From Elusimicrobiota bacterium (GTDB lineage Bacteria; Elusimicrobiota; Elusimicrobia; UBA1565; UBA9628): a DNA stretch of 64,000 nt. Location: the NCBI GenBank assembly GCA_016191335.1, contig JACPOW010000001.1, positions 1,035 through 65,034 of the forward strand, in the 5' to 3' direction. The position numbers were made by a program, and so were the translations under genes. Shown here piece after piece: positions 1 through 10,590 of the stretch (positions within the stretch are counted from its first letter, which is position 1; each line of letters opens with the position of its first letter). The notes under the pieces were generated by a model. That model ran no database searches. It saw only the letters and a program-made list of their open reading frames with translations, and was not told where the DNA came from.

Positions 1-800
1 TAATGCGCATGGATGAATTCAGTCAACGCCGATCCGGGGTCTGAGCGCTTCATGAAGGAGGTGCCGATCAGGAAGCCCTTGTAGCCTAACGGCGATAACG
101 AATCGAGGTCGCTCCGCGAGCGCAGGCCGCTCTCCGCGACGGCCACGGTTCCGGGAAGGCAGACCAACGGCGCTAAGCGACGAGCGACGTTTAAGTCCAC
201 CTTCAACGACTTTAAATCCCTCGAGTTAACGCCGATCAGAGCGCCGCCGGCGGCTCGCGCCGCCTCGGCTTCGGCTTCGTCATGGACCTCGATGAGAACC
301 GACAAACCCAACGACTTGGCGGCGTTGTGCATAGGACCGAGTCGAGGACCCAACAGAGCCGCGATCAGGAGCACCGCGTCGGCGCCGATCGATCGCGCGA
401 CCTCGAACTGGTACTCGTCGACCATGAAATCCTTCATCAACAACGGAGTGGTCGGGCAGCTGTCGCGGGCGCCGGCCAAGAAACTGTAGTCGCCGCCGAA
501 GAACTCCGGTTCGGTCAGGATAGAAACCGCCGCGGCGCCCGCGGAAACATAACTTGCCGCGATCCTCGCGGCTTCGACGGGGGAGGCGTTTGAACGGAGA
601 ATGCCCTCGGACGGAGAGACGAACTTCACCTCGGCGATGACCTGCGGGCCCGGCTTCGAGAGAGCGTTTTTCAACGACAACGGAGGGTGGTCGTACAGCG
701 GCTGGGTCCGGAGCCATTCGACCGGGCGGTCGAGCTTCTCGCGGGCGACGCGCTCCTTGGTCCGGTCGCCGATCTTCCCGAGGATGCCGAGGTCAGCCAT
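1..800 (-). CDS. trpC: indole-3-glycerol phosphate synthase; 3' end abuts the window edge
   Basis: Not in the ORF track because it runs to the window edge. My minus-frame translation reads MADLGILGKIGDRTKERVA...QVIAEVKFVSPSEGIL...LLMKDFMVDEYQ...VLIEVHDEAEAE...LIGVNSRDLKSLKVDL...GFLIGTSFMK. ATG at 798-800 overlaps the trpD stop by 8 nt. Confidence 0.85.
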   Translation of the reverse strand, partial: MADLGILGKIGDRTKERVAREKLDRPVEWLRTQPLYDHPPLSLKNALSKPGPQVIAEVKFVSPSEGILRSNASPVEAARIAASYVSAGAAAVSILTEPEFFGGDYSFLAGARDSCPTTPLLMKDFMVDEYQFEVARSIGADAVLLIAALLGPRLGPMHNAAKSLGLSVLIEVHDEAEAEAARAAGGALIGVNSRDLKSLKVDLNVARRLAPLVCLPGTVAVAESGLRSRSDLDSLSPLGYKGFLIGTSFMKRSDPGSALTEFIHAH

Positions 801-1812
801 CGACCGTGAGCCGGCGGAGGATGGCCAGCGAGGCGGCCGCCCTTCCTGAATCGATGGACTCCTCCGCCATCGCCAGGCCCTCCTTCCAATCACGGGCGAG
901 GCCCGCGACCATCAAGGCGGCGGCGGCGTTGAGCAGGCACACGTCGCGGGCGGGGCCGGACTCGCCGAAGAGGACGGCGCGGGTGATCCAGGCGTTCTTG
1001 TCGGCGTCGCCGCCGGCCAGGGCCTTGAGGGGGCGGCGCTTGAGGCCGACGGACTCGGGGGTGACCTCGGTGACGGAGACCTTGCCGCCGCGCAGGCGCG
1101 CGACGACGGTCGGCGCGGAGAGGGAGAGCTCGTCGAGGCCGTCCTTGGAGGAGACGACCATCGCGTCCTCGGCGCCGAGGGCCTTGAGGGCCTCGGCCAA
1201 GGGCTTCACGAGGGACGGCGAGTACACGCCCAGAAGCTGGCGCTTGGCGCCGGCCGGGTTCGACAGGGGGCCGAGGAGGTTGAAGACGGTGCGCGTGCCG
1301 AGCTGGCGGCGGATGGGGCCGACCTTGGCCACGGCGGGATGGTGCGCGGGCGCGAACAGGAAGCCGACGCCGGCGACGTCCACGCACTCGGCCGCGAGCC
1401 GGGGGGTGATGTCGGTGCGCACGCCCAGGGCCTCGAGGACGTCGGCCGAGCCGGAGCGGCTGGAGACCGCGCGGTTGCCGTGCTTGGCGACGGCGGCGCC
1501 GGCGCCGGCGGCGACGAAGGCGACGGTCGTCGAGATGTTGAAGGTGCCGGAGCCGTCCCCCCCGGTCCCGCAGGTGTCGAGCAGGGGGCGGCGCTTGGCC
1601 TTGACCTTCACCGCGCGCGCGCGCATCGCCTCGGCGAAGCCGATGAGCTCGGGGACCGTCTCGCCGCGCACGCGCAGGGCGGCGAGGAAGGCGCCGGCCT
1701 GGGCGTCGGTGACGCCGCCGCCGATCAGGGCGTTCATCGCGGCGCGCGCCTGGGCGCGGTCGAGGGCCCGTCCGGAGAGGACGATCTTGAGGAGCTCGGG
1801 GAAGAGGATCAC
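793..1812 (-). CDS. trpD: anthranilate phosphoribosyltransferase
   Basis: 339-aa ORF with CGTGGDGSGTFNIST and KHGNRAVSSRSGSADVLEALG motifs. GTG start overlaps the upstream kinase stop (GTGA). Confidence 0.9.
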   Translation of the reverse strand: MILFPELLKIVLSGRALDRAQARAAMNALIGGGVTDAQAGAFLAALRVRGETVPELIGFAEAMRARAVKVKAKRRPLLDTCGTGGDGSGTFNISTTVAFVAAGAGAAVAKHGNRAVSSRSGSADVLEALGVRTDITPRLAAECVDVAGVGFLFAPAHHPAVAKVGPIRRQLGTRTVFNLLGPLSNPAGAKRQLLGVYSPSLVKPLAEALKALGAEDAMVVSSKDGLDELSLSAPTVVARLRGGKVSVTEVTPESVGLKRRPLKALAGGDADKNAWITRAVLFGESGPARDVCLLNAAAALMVAGLARDWKEGLAMAEESIDSGRAAASLAILRRLTVDG

Positions 1813-2470
1813 GCTTTGGGCAGGAGGAGCTTGAAGGTCGATCCCTTCGGGCTCGTCTCGTAGGCCACCGACCCGCCGTTGCCCTCGAGGTACTTGCGCG
1901 CCAGCGCGAGGCCGAGCCCCATGCCCTTGGGCTTGGTGGTCATGAAGGCCTCGAACATCACGTCGGCGATCTTGGGGTCGACGCCCTTGCCGGCGTCGGT
2001 CACCGAGATCGTCAGGCCGTCCTTGCCGGCCGTGGTCGCGACCTTGACCGTCCCCTTCTCGTCCTGGGCGGCGAAGGCGTTTTCGAGCAGGCGCTTGACG
2101 GCGTCGCCGATCGCCTTGCCGTCGAACTTGCCGTTGACGCCCTTGGCGCCGAGCTTGAGGTCCACCTTGCCGCCTTCGGGCGGCGTGTAGTTCTCGACGG
2201 CGTCGCCGACGACCGAGTCGAGGGGCACGGTCTCGGCCGCGGGCTCGTAGGGGCGGGAGAAGGTGAGCATGTCGGCGATGAGCTTGTCGGCGCGCGCGAT
2301 CTCGCTCTCGATGATCTTCAGGTGCTTCTCGACCTTGGGGTCGAGCTTGGCCTGGCCCAGCTTCGCCCGGACGAAGTAGGCGGAGTTGTTGATCACGGCC
2401 ATCGGGTTGCGCAGGTCGTGGCCGATGACGGACGCGGCCCGGCGCAGCAGTTCCGCCTCTCCCTTGGTGA

Positions 2471-2474
<4 letters not shown>
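1809..2474 (-). CDS. small cytoplasmic histidine kinase core (HisKA + HATPase_c) with no sensor or TM domain
   Basis: 221 aa from internal ATG 2474 of the 400-aa track ORF. H-box IGHDLRNP; G-boxes DAGKGV and GMGLGLA. ATGA overlap with the fumC stop. The upstream part of the long ORF is an Arg/Pro-rich shadow. Confidence 0.8.
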
Positions 2475-3874
<1,400 letters not shown>

Positions 3875-3925
3875 GCCCCGATGATATAAAAAGACGGGGC
3901 GGTTCAACGCCGATAACGGTCAAGC

Positions 3926-4564
3926 CTACTCGTCGTCGCCCAGGAGGCGGACGTTGGCCTTCCAGTAGCGGGGCTCGATCTCGATGCCCCCGACCGGCCG
4001 GAGCGGGCCCCAGTCCTCGTACAGGTAGACCATCTTGTCCGGGGCGGACTTCTGCTTGAGCCAGCCGTCGAAGACGACGCCCGTGTACTTCCAGTCCGTG
4101 CCCGCGGGGAACACGATCACCGCGTTGTGCTGCGTCGGCGGCAGGCCGTAGCGGATCTTCTTGACGACGAGGCTCTTCTTGACCAGCAGCGGCTGCAGGG
4201 CGGAGAAGGTCTCGCTCTGGTGCGAGATGCAGCCGCGCTCGAGGTTGCCGCCGTTGAAGAGCTTGAAGGTGTCCTCGATGTTGGTCATCGTGCCGTTGCC
4301 GTAGGCGTCGGCGGTCGCGCTCGGGTAGCGGGCGTGGAGGCGGGCGACGGCGTCGCTGGCGGCCTGCACCAGGGGCCCGAAGTCGGCCATGTTCTGCACC
4401 GACCAGTTCATCCCCTTCTCGGAGGCGTCGATGACCTTATAGACCGGTATGCGCGCGCGCGTGAAGGCGTCGTGCCCGGCGCGGACCTTCGCGGAGTCGA
4501 CCGCGGCCACCTGGGCCAAGGCGGGCATCGCGGCGGCGAGCAGGACCGTGAAAAGAGGGGCCAT
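3926..4564 (-). CDS. secreted hypothetical protein
   Basis: 212-aa ORF with a signal-peptide-like N-terminus (MAPLFTVLLAAAMPALAQV) and high GC3. No family recognised. Confidence 0.6.
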   Translation of the reverse strand: MAPLFTVLLAAAMPALAQVAAVDSAKVRAGHDAFTRARIPVYKVIDASEKGMNWSVQNMADFGPLVQAASDAVARLHARYPSATADAYGNGTMTNIEDTFKLFNGGNLERGCISHQSETFSALQPLLVKKSLVVKKIRYGLPPTQHNAVIVFPAGTDWKYTGVVFDGWLKQKSAPDKMVYLYEDWGPLRPVGGIEIEPRYWKANVRLLGDDE

Positions 4565-4570
4565 ACCCGA

Positions 4571-4598
4571 AGTATAACCCCGGTTTTCCCCCCGTCAA
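4571..4598 (-). promoter_or_regulatory. sigma70-like promoter TTGACG-N16-TATACT, 6 nt before the ATG (leaderless layout)
   Basis: The minus strand reads cTTGACGgggggaaaaccggggtTATACTtcgggtATG. It has the same hexamers and spacing as the promoter at 26073-26100. Confidence 0.55.
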
Positions 4599-4629
4599 GG
4601 CCCTTCGGGGCGAGCACCCAGAAGAGCCA

Positions 4630-6264
4630 TCACCTAATGATCGGATTGATACGGCGCCAGACTTCATCGTGGTCCGGGGAAGTTCGACGTTGATCGTCGC
4701 GAGGCGGATTGTCATTCCCGCGACGAGGAGTGTCGTGTTGCGGAGTCCGGGGGTTCCACCGCCGATCATACTCCACGGCCTCTTTCTTCCGTTGTTTCGC
4801 GTAAAGCGTCATGAATTTATCGAAGCGCGCCGAATCCGTGATTTCCGAGGTATGATCGAACAGGTCGTCGATGCATCGGTCTCTGTTCCCCCGCGCTCCG
4901 AACATGTAATCGAGCCTGGCGGGGAAATCCGGCTGAGCGACGACTTTCCCGAGCAAGACGGCCGAGCCATTGCAACCAGGAGAGGGTTGCGTCCGCCGAT
5001 TCTCCAGTACTTCGTGGATCTGCCGGCATGTGCGGGAAACGAGCAGCGCGACCTCCACATCGTTTAAGTTCAAAGTCGTTTTTAACGCGGGCTTAAAGAA
5101 AAAGTAGTTGTTCTCGTCACGAAAGCCCATAAAAATCCCGCTATGCTCTTGATAGGCAAGCCGGTAACCACACTGTGACGCCATCAGGTCGAGCTGACGC
5201 CAAACGGCCTCTTCTGCTTCAACGGCGCGACGCTCCGTTTCCTGGCGTTCGCGGGCCAACCTCTCTTCCTCGATCCGTTTCTGCAGGGCTTCCTGCCGGG
5301 CGCGTTCGGCCGCCACTTTCTCCGCCAACCGCATGAACTCCTCTTCGATATTGACCTGGATCGTCTCGTAATGATCCTTCCATTTGGCTTGCTGGGCGGG
5401 GTCTAGCCCGTTGTCCGTCAGAGGTACGCCGGTGCGCACTGCTTCGGAGAAATCCTTATGATTCTTCCGGATGTCATCTTCGTCCTTCTTTTCGAGGCCA
5501 AAGGCCTTGATAAAGTCGAGGTCGCGCTTGTAAGCATCTCGCTCCTCTTTGTCGATGTTCTGCCAGCCGCGCCGTTTCCCTTTGCTGTCCGTCCAGTCGA
5601 GCCGGTCGAAATGGCGAGATTCGTGAAATAGGATGCGCGCGAGATAGCCTGGATTCTTCTTCTCAAGAGCGAGACCGAGCGTGTCCTTAAGAATCAGCAC
5701 TCTGCCATCGAGCAGAGTGATCGCCTGACGCTCGCCGGGCGTGCGAGGATCCAATTTTGTCGCCCCGCTGTAGTGCGGTTGCCCATCGCTCCCGACTATC
5801 TTCACCGACAGCATCACGCCAGGGCCGGATTCGGTGACACGCGGATTCCATCGGGTCATCAGTCCGGCGACATAGGCGTCCGCCGCGTCCGAAGGCACCT
5901 GGATTTCGAACGGGCCATCGTGTCGAATCCTGACATGGTAGAGGTCCGCCGTCATCGTCATGGCACTCTGATAGGTCTGTTCTTGGGTCGTGTAGGCGGC
6001 AAGATACGCCTGAACGGCTGCGAGCTTGACTTCATCGGAGGCCGCAGTAGCGCGGATGGCGATGTATGCCGCCTTCAACTGTTGCACGATAGGCTCGAGG
6101 TCCTGTGCCTCCTTAAGGGTCGTTAAAATCTTGGCTTTGGAATCCCTCGTTGAGGGCCCGGGATCAGGAGTACACGGCACGCCTGGGGCCGCTGCAGAGC
6201 ACAACGCGGCGAGGGCGGGCGATGGCACTGCTGCCAGACTCAGCGCAAGAAGGAGGCGCCTCAT
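4630..6264 (-). CDS. secreted protein with an HExxH motif (HESRH) and a central coiled-coil; putative metallopeptidase-like
   Basis: 544-aa ORF in an AT-richer stretch. Signal peptide MRRLLLALSLAAVPSPALA. HESRH is encoded at 5611-5625. Charged heptad-like region EEEFMRLAEKVAAERARQEALQKRIEEERLARERQETERR. ATGA coupling to the upstream gene. Confidence 0.6.
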   Translation of the reverse strand: MRRLLLALSLAAVPSPALAALCSAAAPGVPCTPDPGPSTRDSKAKILTTLKEAQDLEPIVQQLKAAYIAIRATAASDEVKLAAVQAYLAAYTTQEQTYQSAMTMTADLYHVRIRHDGPFEIQVPSDAADAYVAGLMTRWNPRVTESGPGVMLSVKIVGSDGQPHYSGATKLDPRTPGERQAITLLDGRVLILKDTLGLALEKKNPGYLARILFHESRHFDRLDWTDSKGKRRGWQNIDKEERDAYKRDLDFIKAFGLEKKDEDDIRKNHKDFSEAVRTGVPLTDNGLDPAQQAKWKDHYETIQVNIEEEFMRLAEKVAAERARQEALQKRIEEERLARERQETERRAVEAEEAVWRQLDLMASQCGYRLAYQEHSGIFMGFRDENNYFFFKPALKTTLNLNDVEVALLVSRTCRQIHEVLENRRTQPSPGCNGSAVLLGKVVAQPDFPARLDYMFGARGNRDRCIDDLFDHTSEITDSARFDKFMTLYAKQRKKEAVEYDRRWNPRTPQHDTPRRGNDNPPRDDQRRTSPDHDEVWRRINPIIR

Positions 6265-7118
6265 CTGACGATCTCGAGGAGGATGGTTTCGGTGGAGATG
6301 GGTCCGAGAGCGTCGGCGACGCGCTGAGCATGCTGCTTGCGTGTCGTTTCGGGCGACTGAAAGCTCGACGTGAGCTTGATGAAGCTTTCGGTGATAGGCC
6401 CAGGCCTATCGTCTAGTTCGACGTGGATACGGTAGCGACCCGGGGTCTTGAACTCATTGCGGACGACCATCGTCCGGAACGGTTCCGAGGGGGAATCTCC
6501 GTCTCCGAGGCTGCGAAGGGTTTCGCCGGGGCCGATCCTGACCCTGAAAGTCGTACTCGCAGTGCTCTCGGCTTGTTGTTGGGCGGTGAAAGGGGCATCC
6601 ATCCGCTTCATCGGAGAATGCCTGCCGCCGAGCGCGGGCTCAAGGCGATGGGTCTTTCCAGATGAATCCGTCAGCAGGAACTTGATCGTCCTCATCGAAT
6701 GGAGCAGGCCGCCCCATCGGAAGACGCTCGAGTCGTATTCGATGTAATTGATCGGCGCCCGGCCGACGTTCGTCATCTCGAGGCGATAACGAACGGCCTC
6801 TCCGACGCGGATCTTAGTCTTCTCGAGAACGAGCTTGAGCCGGACCTTACGCTCGAGGGGTTCGGGAATGAACCCGGCGGGCGCGGGCGACACCATCATG
6901 CGCGTATTCCTATCCTCGAGCCGCTTATCCGCGTCGACGAGTGCGTCCAACTTCTTGATCTCATCGGGAACGGGGCGTTTCTCGTCGGAATGCTTCGGCA
7001 TCGCCAGCGGAGCAGGGGGGGCGGAGGATTCGGGGGGCGGGGCCGAAGACCGCTTACACGCGGCGGAAACGATCAGCAGCGCGACGAAAGCGACATTCCT
7101 CATTTCAGGTAGCCCCAT
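6261..7118 (-). CDS. putative lipoprotein, function unknown
   Basis: 285-aa ORF. Lipobox-like LIVSAAC after MRNVAFVAL (alternative start 7103). Stop overlaps the start of the 544-aa gene. AT-richer composition. Confidence 0.6.
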   Translation of the reverse strand: MGLPEMRNVAFVALLIVSAACKRSSAPPPESSAPPAPLAMPKHSDEKRPVPDEIKKLDALVDADKRLEDRNTRMMVSPAPAGFIPEPLERKVRLKLVLEKTKIRVGEAVRYRLEMTNVGRAPINYIEYDSSVFRWGGLLHSMRTIKFLLTDSSGKTHRLEPALGGRHSPMKRMDAPFTAQQQAESTASTTFRVRIGPGETLRSLGDGDSPSEPFRTMVVRNEFKTPGRYRIHVELDDRPGPITESFIKLTSSFQSPETTRKQHAQRVADALGPISTETILLEIVR

Positions 7119-7120
7119 CC

Positions 7121-7148
7121 AAAAAATAGAAGCGGCGTTAGCCGCTTC
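7121..7148 (-). terminator. Rho-independent terminator downstream of msrAB
   Basis: The minus strand reads GAAGCGGC-TAAC-GCCGCTTC (perfect 8-bp stem) followed by TATTTTTTGG. Confidence 0.7.
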
Positions 7149-7323
7149 CCTGGACTCATCCGGTTGAGGCCGGATCGTGGATACCCCGAGGCCGATTCCC
7201 CGAGCTACAGAGTTACTGTAGTTATGATAGTCCGGCCTGAGCGTGCCATCGAGGGTCTTACGGCCCAGATGACACTGGGTCTGACAGTTTTTGGGCGTCA
7301 GCCCAACTTAGATCAACTTCGCC

Positions 7324-8406
7324 TCAGTCTCCGAGCACCGATTCCGGGCGCAGGAAGTGGCAGGTGTAGCCGTCCGGCCGCTTCTGCAGGTAGTCCTGGT
7401 GGTCCTCTTCGGCCTTCCAGTACTGGTCGGCCTTCTTGACCTCGGTGACGATGGGCGCGCCCCACTTCCCCTTCTTGTTCAGGCGCTCGATGAACGCCTC
7501 GGCCGTCTTCTTCTGGGCCTCGGTGTGGTAGAAGATCGCGGAGCGGTAGGACGAGCCGCGGTCGTTGCCCTGACGGTCCTTCGTCGTCGGGTCGTGCATG
7601 CGGAAGTACCAGCGCAGCAGGACCTCGAAGGAGAGCTTCTGCGGGTCGTACTCGACGCGCACGGCCTCGGCGTGGCCTTCGTGGTTGCGGTAGGTGGCGT
7701 TCTTGACCTGGCCGCCGGCGTAGCCGACGTCGGTGCGGATCACGCCCGGGATCTTGCGCAGGATGTGCTGCATGCCCCAGAAGCAGCCGCCGGCGAGCTC
7801 GACGACCTCGGTCTTCGCCGGGGCGGCCTTGGCCTGCTCCTTGCGGGCGGCCTCGACCTTGTTGAACAGGGGCAGGTAGCGGCCGTAGCCCTCGGCCTCG
7901 AGCTTGTCGACCGGGATGAAGCGCAGGGACGCCGAGTTGATGCAGAAGCGCAGGCCGCCCTTGTCCTTGGGGCCGTCGTCGAAGACGTGGCCGAGGTGGC
8001 TGTCTCCGTGCTTGGAGCGGACCTCGGTGCGGACCATGCCGAACTCGCGGTCCTTCTTCTCGACGACGTTGGCCGGCTCGATCGGCCGGGTGAAGCTGGG
8101 CCAGCCCGTCCCTGAGTCGAACTTGTCGGTGGAGGAGAACAGGGGCTCGCCGCTGGCGATGTCCACGTAGATGCCGGCCGCATGGTTGTTCCAGTAGGCG
8201 TTCTGGAAGGGCGGCTCGGTGGCCGCGTTGCACACCACGGAGAACTGCTCCGGGGTGAGCGTTTTCTTTAGCTCTTCCTGGGACGGCTTCTTGTAGGTCA
8301 TCGTATTCTCCTTCTTATGGGGGGCCGGCGCGGCGCGGACGAAGGCCGACGAGAGCAGCATGACGGCGACGAGTCCTGTCATCATTCGGTTCATCATATC
8401 ACTCAT
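7324..8406 (-). CDS. msrAB: exported MsrB-MsrA fusion methionine sulfoxide reductase
   Basis: 360 aa from ATG 8406 ([25 protein letters not shown] signal). MsrB part has GWPSFTRPI...[11 protein letters not shown]. MsrA part has GGCFWGMQH. The rest of the 583-aa track ORF is shadow. Confidence 0.9.
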   Translation of the reverse strand: MSDMMNRMMTGLVAVMLLSSAFVRAAPAPHKKENTMTYKKPSQEELKKTLTPEQFSVVCNAATEPPFQNAYWNNHAAGIYVDIASGEPLFSSTDKFDSGTGWPSFTRPIEPANVVEKKDREFGMVRTEVRSKHGDSHLGHVFDDGPKDKGGLRFCINSASLRFIPVDKLEAEGYGRYLPLFNKVEAARKEQAKAAPAKTEVVELAGGCFWGMQHILRKIPGVIRTDVGYAGGQVKNATYRNHEGHAEAVRVEYDPQKLSFEVLLRWYFRMHDPTTKDRQGNDRGSSYRSAIFYHTEAQKKTAEAFIERLNKKGKWGAPIVTEVKKADQYWKAEEDHQDYLQKRPDGYTCHFLRPESVLGD

Positions 8407-8429
8407 GAGTGAAGGCCGGCCCGCCGGGA

Positions 8430-8457
8430 TTACAGCCCGGGGGCGAAATGCTAGGAT
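8430..8457 (+). promoter_or_regulatory. promoter TTACAG-N16-TAGGAT, 6 nt before the ccdA ATG (leaderless layout)
   Basis: Sequence ttacagcccgggggcgaaatgcTAGGATgaaaaaATG. It lies in the 57-bp divergent gap with msrAB. Confidence 0.45.
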
Positions 8458-8463
8458 GAAAAA

Positions 8464-9198
8464 ATGGGAAACGGAACGGTCGGTTTCGGGGCGGCGTTTC
8501 TGGGCGGTCTGGTGTCCTTCCTGTCCCCGTGCGTGCTGCCGCTGGTGCCGGGCTACATCTCCTTCATGTCCGGCCTGACGCTGGAGGAGCTCTCGGCCGG
8601 GGGCGACGACAAGACGCGCCTGAAGCACGCGGGCTGGGAGTCGCTGTGCTTCGTCGCCGGCTTCTCCCTGATCTTCACCTTGCTCGGCGCGACGGCGACC
8701 ACGGTCGGCCGCGTGCTGGCGGAGCAGGCCCCGATCGTCAGCAAGGTCGCCGGCGCGGTCGTCATCCTGTTCGGCCTGCACATGACCGGGATCATGCCCA
8801 TCAAGTGGCTCTATTACCAGAAGCGCGCGGACACCGCGGCGTTCAAGGCCGGGTACGTCGGCTCCTTCTTCATGGGCCTGGCCTTCGCCTTCGGCTGGAC
8901 CCCGTGCATCGGCCCGATCCTGTCGGGCATCCTCGCCATCGCCGCGACGCGCGAGACGGTCGCCCAGGGGATGCTCCTGCTCTTCGTGTACTCGCTGGGC
9001 CTCGGGATCCCGTTCGTGATCACCGGCTTCGCGGTCACGCGCTTCATGCGCTTCTTCACGCACTACAAGAAGCACATCCGCACCGGGGAGATGGTCGCCG
9101 GCGCCCTGCTCATCGCCATCGGCCTTCTGATCTTCCTCGATAAGCTCTCGATGCTCAACCGCTTCACGCCCAAATTCCTGGAGCGGTTCCTGCTGTGA
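8464..9198 (+). CDS. ccdA: CcdA/DsbD-family thiol-disulfide transporter
   Basis: 244-aa polytopic protein with the two Cys-containing helices LSPCVLPL and WTPCIGP. Confidence 0.85.
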   Translation: MGNGTVGFGAAFLGGLVSFLSPCVLPLVPGYISFMSGLTLEELSAGGDDKTRLKHAGWESLCFVAGFSLIFTLLGATATTVGRVLAEQAPIVSKVAGAVVILFGLHMTGIMPIKWLYYQKRADTAAFKAGYVGSFFMGLAFAFGWTPCIGPILSGILAIAATRETVAQGMLLLFVYSLGLGIPFVITGFAVTRFMRFFTHYKKHIRTGEMVAGALLIAIGLLIFLDKLSMLNRFTPKFLERFLL

Positions 9199-9692
9199 CG
9201 CGGGACATCGCGCGCTGGGCGCTCCTATGCGCCGCCGCCCTGTTCTGGGCGTGCACGCCGTCCGCGCCCGCCGGCGCCCCCGAGGCCGCCGCCGCGCTGA
9301 GCGGCAGGACGCTCGACGGGAAGACCGTTTCCCTGGCCGACCACAAGGGCAAGGTCGTGCTCGTGGATTTCTGGGCCACCTGGTGCGACCCGTGCAAGGC
9401 GGAGATCCCGGAGCTCGTGAAGCTGCAGGAGGCCCTCGGCCCCAAGGGCTTCGTCATCCTCGGCGTCTCGATGGACGACGAGCCCGAGGCCGTGGCGCCC
9501 TTCGCCAGGCGCGCGGGGATCAACTACCCGGTCCTGATCAACGGCGGCGAGACCCCCCCGAAGGGCTGGGTCGTGCCGGGCCTGCCGACCGCCTACCTCA
9601 TCGGCCGCGACGGGACGGTCCTCTCGCGCCAATTCGGGTCTAAGTCGATCGACAAGCTCGGCGCCGAAGTCGAAGCCGCCCTCGCGAAGTAG
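9195..9692 (+). CDS. TlpA/ResA-like periplasmic thioredoxin-fold thiol:disulfide oxidoreductase (lipoprotein-like)
   Basis: 165 aa. WCDPC active site. N-terminal LFWAC lipobox-like signal. GTGA overlap with ccdA. Confidence 0.85.
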   Translation: MTRDIARWALLCAAALFWACTPSAPAGAPEAAAALSGRTLDGKTVSLADHKGKVVLVDFWATWCDPCKAEIPELVKLQEALGPKGFVILGVSMDDEPEAVAPFARRAGINYPVLINGGETPPKGWVVPGLPTAYLIGRDGTVLSRQFGSKSIDKLGAEVEAALAK

Positions 9693-9704
9693 TAGGATAA
9701 TCGC

Positions 9705-10580
9705 ATGAGCGCCCTCACGGTCAGCGTCGTCGTCCCCGCGTACAACGAGGCCGAGGCCATCGGCCCGGTGATGGCCGACCTGCACGCCGAGCTCAAGAAA
9801 CGCGGCCTGGAGTTCGAGATCCTCGTCGTCGACGACGGCTCCTCCGACGGCACCGCGAAGGCCGTGAACCCGGCACACGCCCGCGTCATCTCGCATCCCA
9901 CCAACGGCGGCTACGGCCGCGCGCTGCTGACCGGCATCGAGGCCGCGAAGCACGAGTGGGTGCTCATGATCGACGCGGACGGCTCCTACCCTCCCTCCGA
10001 GATCCTGAAGCTGCTCGACTTCGCGCCCGACTTCGACCTCGTCATCGGCGCGCGCGAGGGCGCCCACTTCTGGGGCACGCCGACCAAGGCGTTCCTGCGC
10101 TGGGTGTACCTGCGGCTGGCGAGCTTCGTCGTCGGCGCGCGCGTGCCCGACGCGAACTCCGGCCTGCGCCTGGTGCGCAAGTCGCTCGTGGACCAGCGCG
10201 CGCTCGTGCGCTGCCTCGGCTACTCGTTCACGACGACGATGACCTTGTCCTTCCTGATGCAGGGGCGCTTCGTGAAGTACATGCCCATCGAGTTCCGCGC
10301 CCGTTCCGGCGGCCACTCCAAGGTGAAGCCCTTCCGCGATATCCTGCGCACGCTCCAGCTGATGACGCAGGTCATGATCATCTACAACCCGCTCAAGCTG
10401 TTCGTGACCATCGCTTTGCTCCTCGTGCTCAAGGCGCTCGTCCTGTTCGCCCTGGCCGTGAACCTCGGCGCTCCGCTGCTCGTCCTCTGCTCGGCGGTCG
10501 CCTCCTTCGGCGCGCTGTTCGCCTTCACGGCCGGCTGCGTGCTCGACTCGATGCGCATGCACGGGCAGTGGCGCCCGTAA
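9705..10580 (+). CDS. GT2 glycosyltransferase with C-terminal TM helices (polyprenol-phosphate sugar synthase type)
   Basis: VVVPAYNE, VVDDGSSDGT and IDADGS motifs, then two hydrophobic C-terminal helices. TAGGAT-N6-ATG lies directly upstream. Confidence 0.8.
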   Translation: MSALTVSVVVPAYNEAEAIGPVMADLHAELKKRGLEFEILVVDDGSSDGTAKAVNPAHARVISHPTNGGYGRALLTGIEAAKHEWVLMIDADGSYPPSEILKLLDFAPDFDLVIGAREGAHFWGTPTKAFLRWVYLRLASFVVGARVPDANSGLRLVRKSLVDQRALVRCLGYSFTTTMTLSFLMQGRFVKYMPIEFRARSGGHSKVKPFRDILRTLQLMTQVMIIYNPLKLFVTIALLLVLKALVLFALAVNLGAPLLVLCSAVASFGALFAFTAGCVLDSMRMHGQWRP

Positions 10581-10590
10581 CGGAGCGCGC

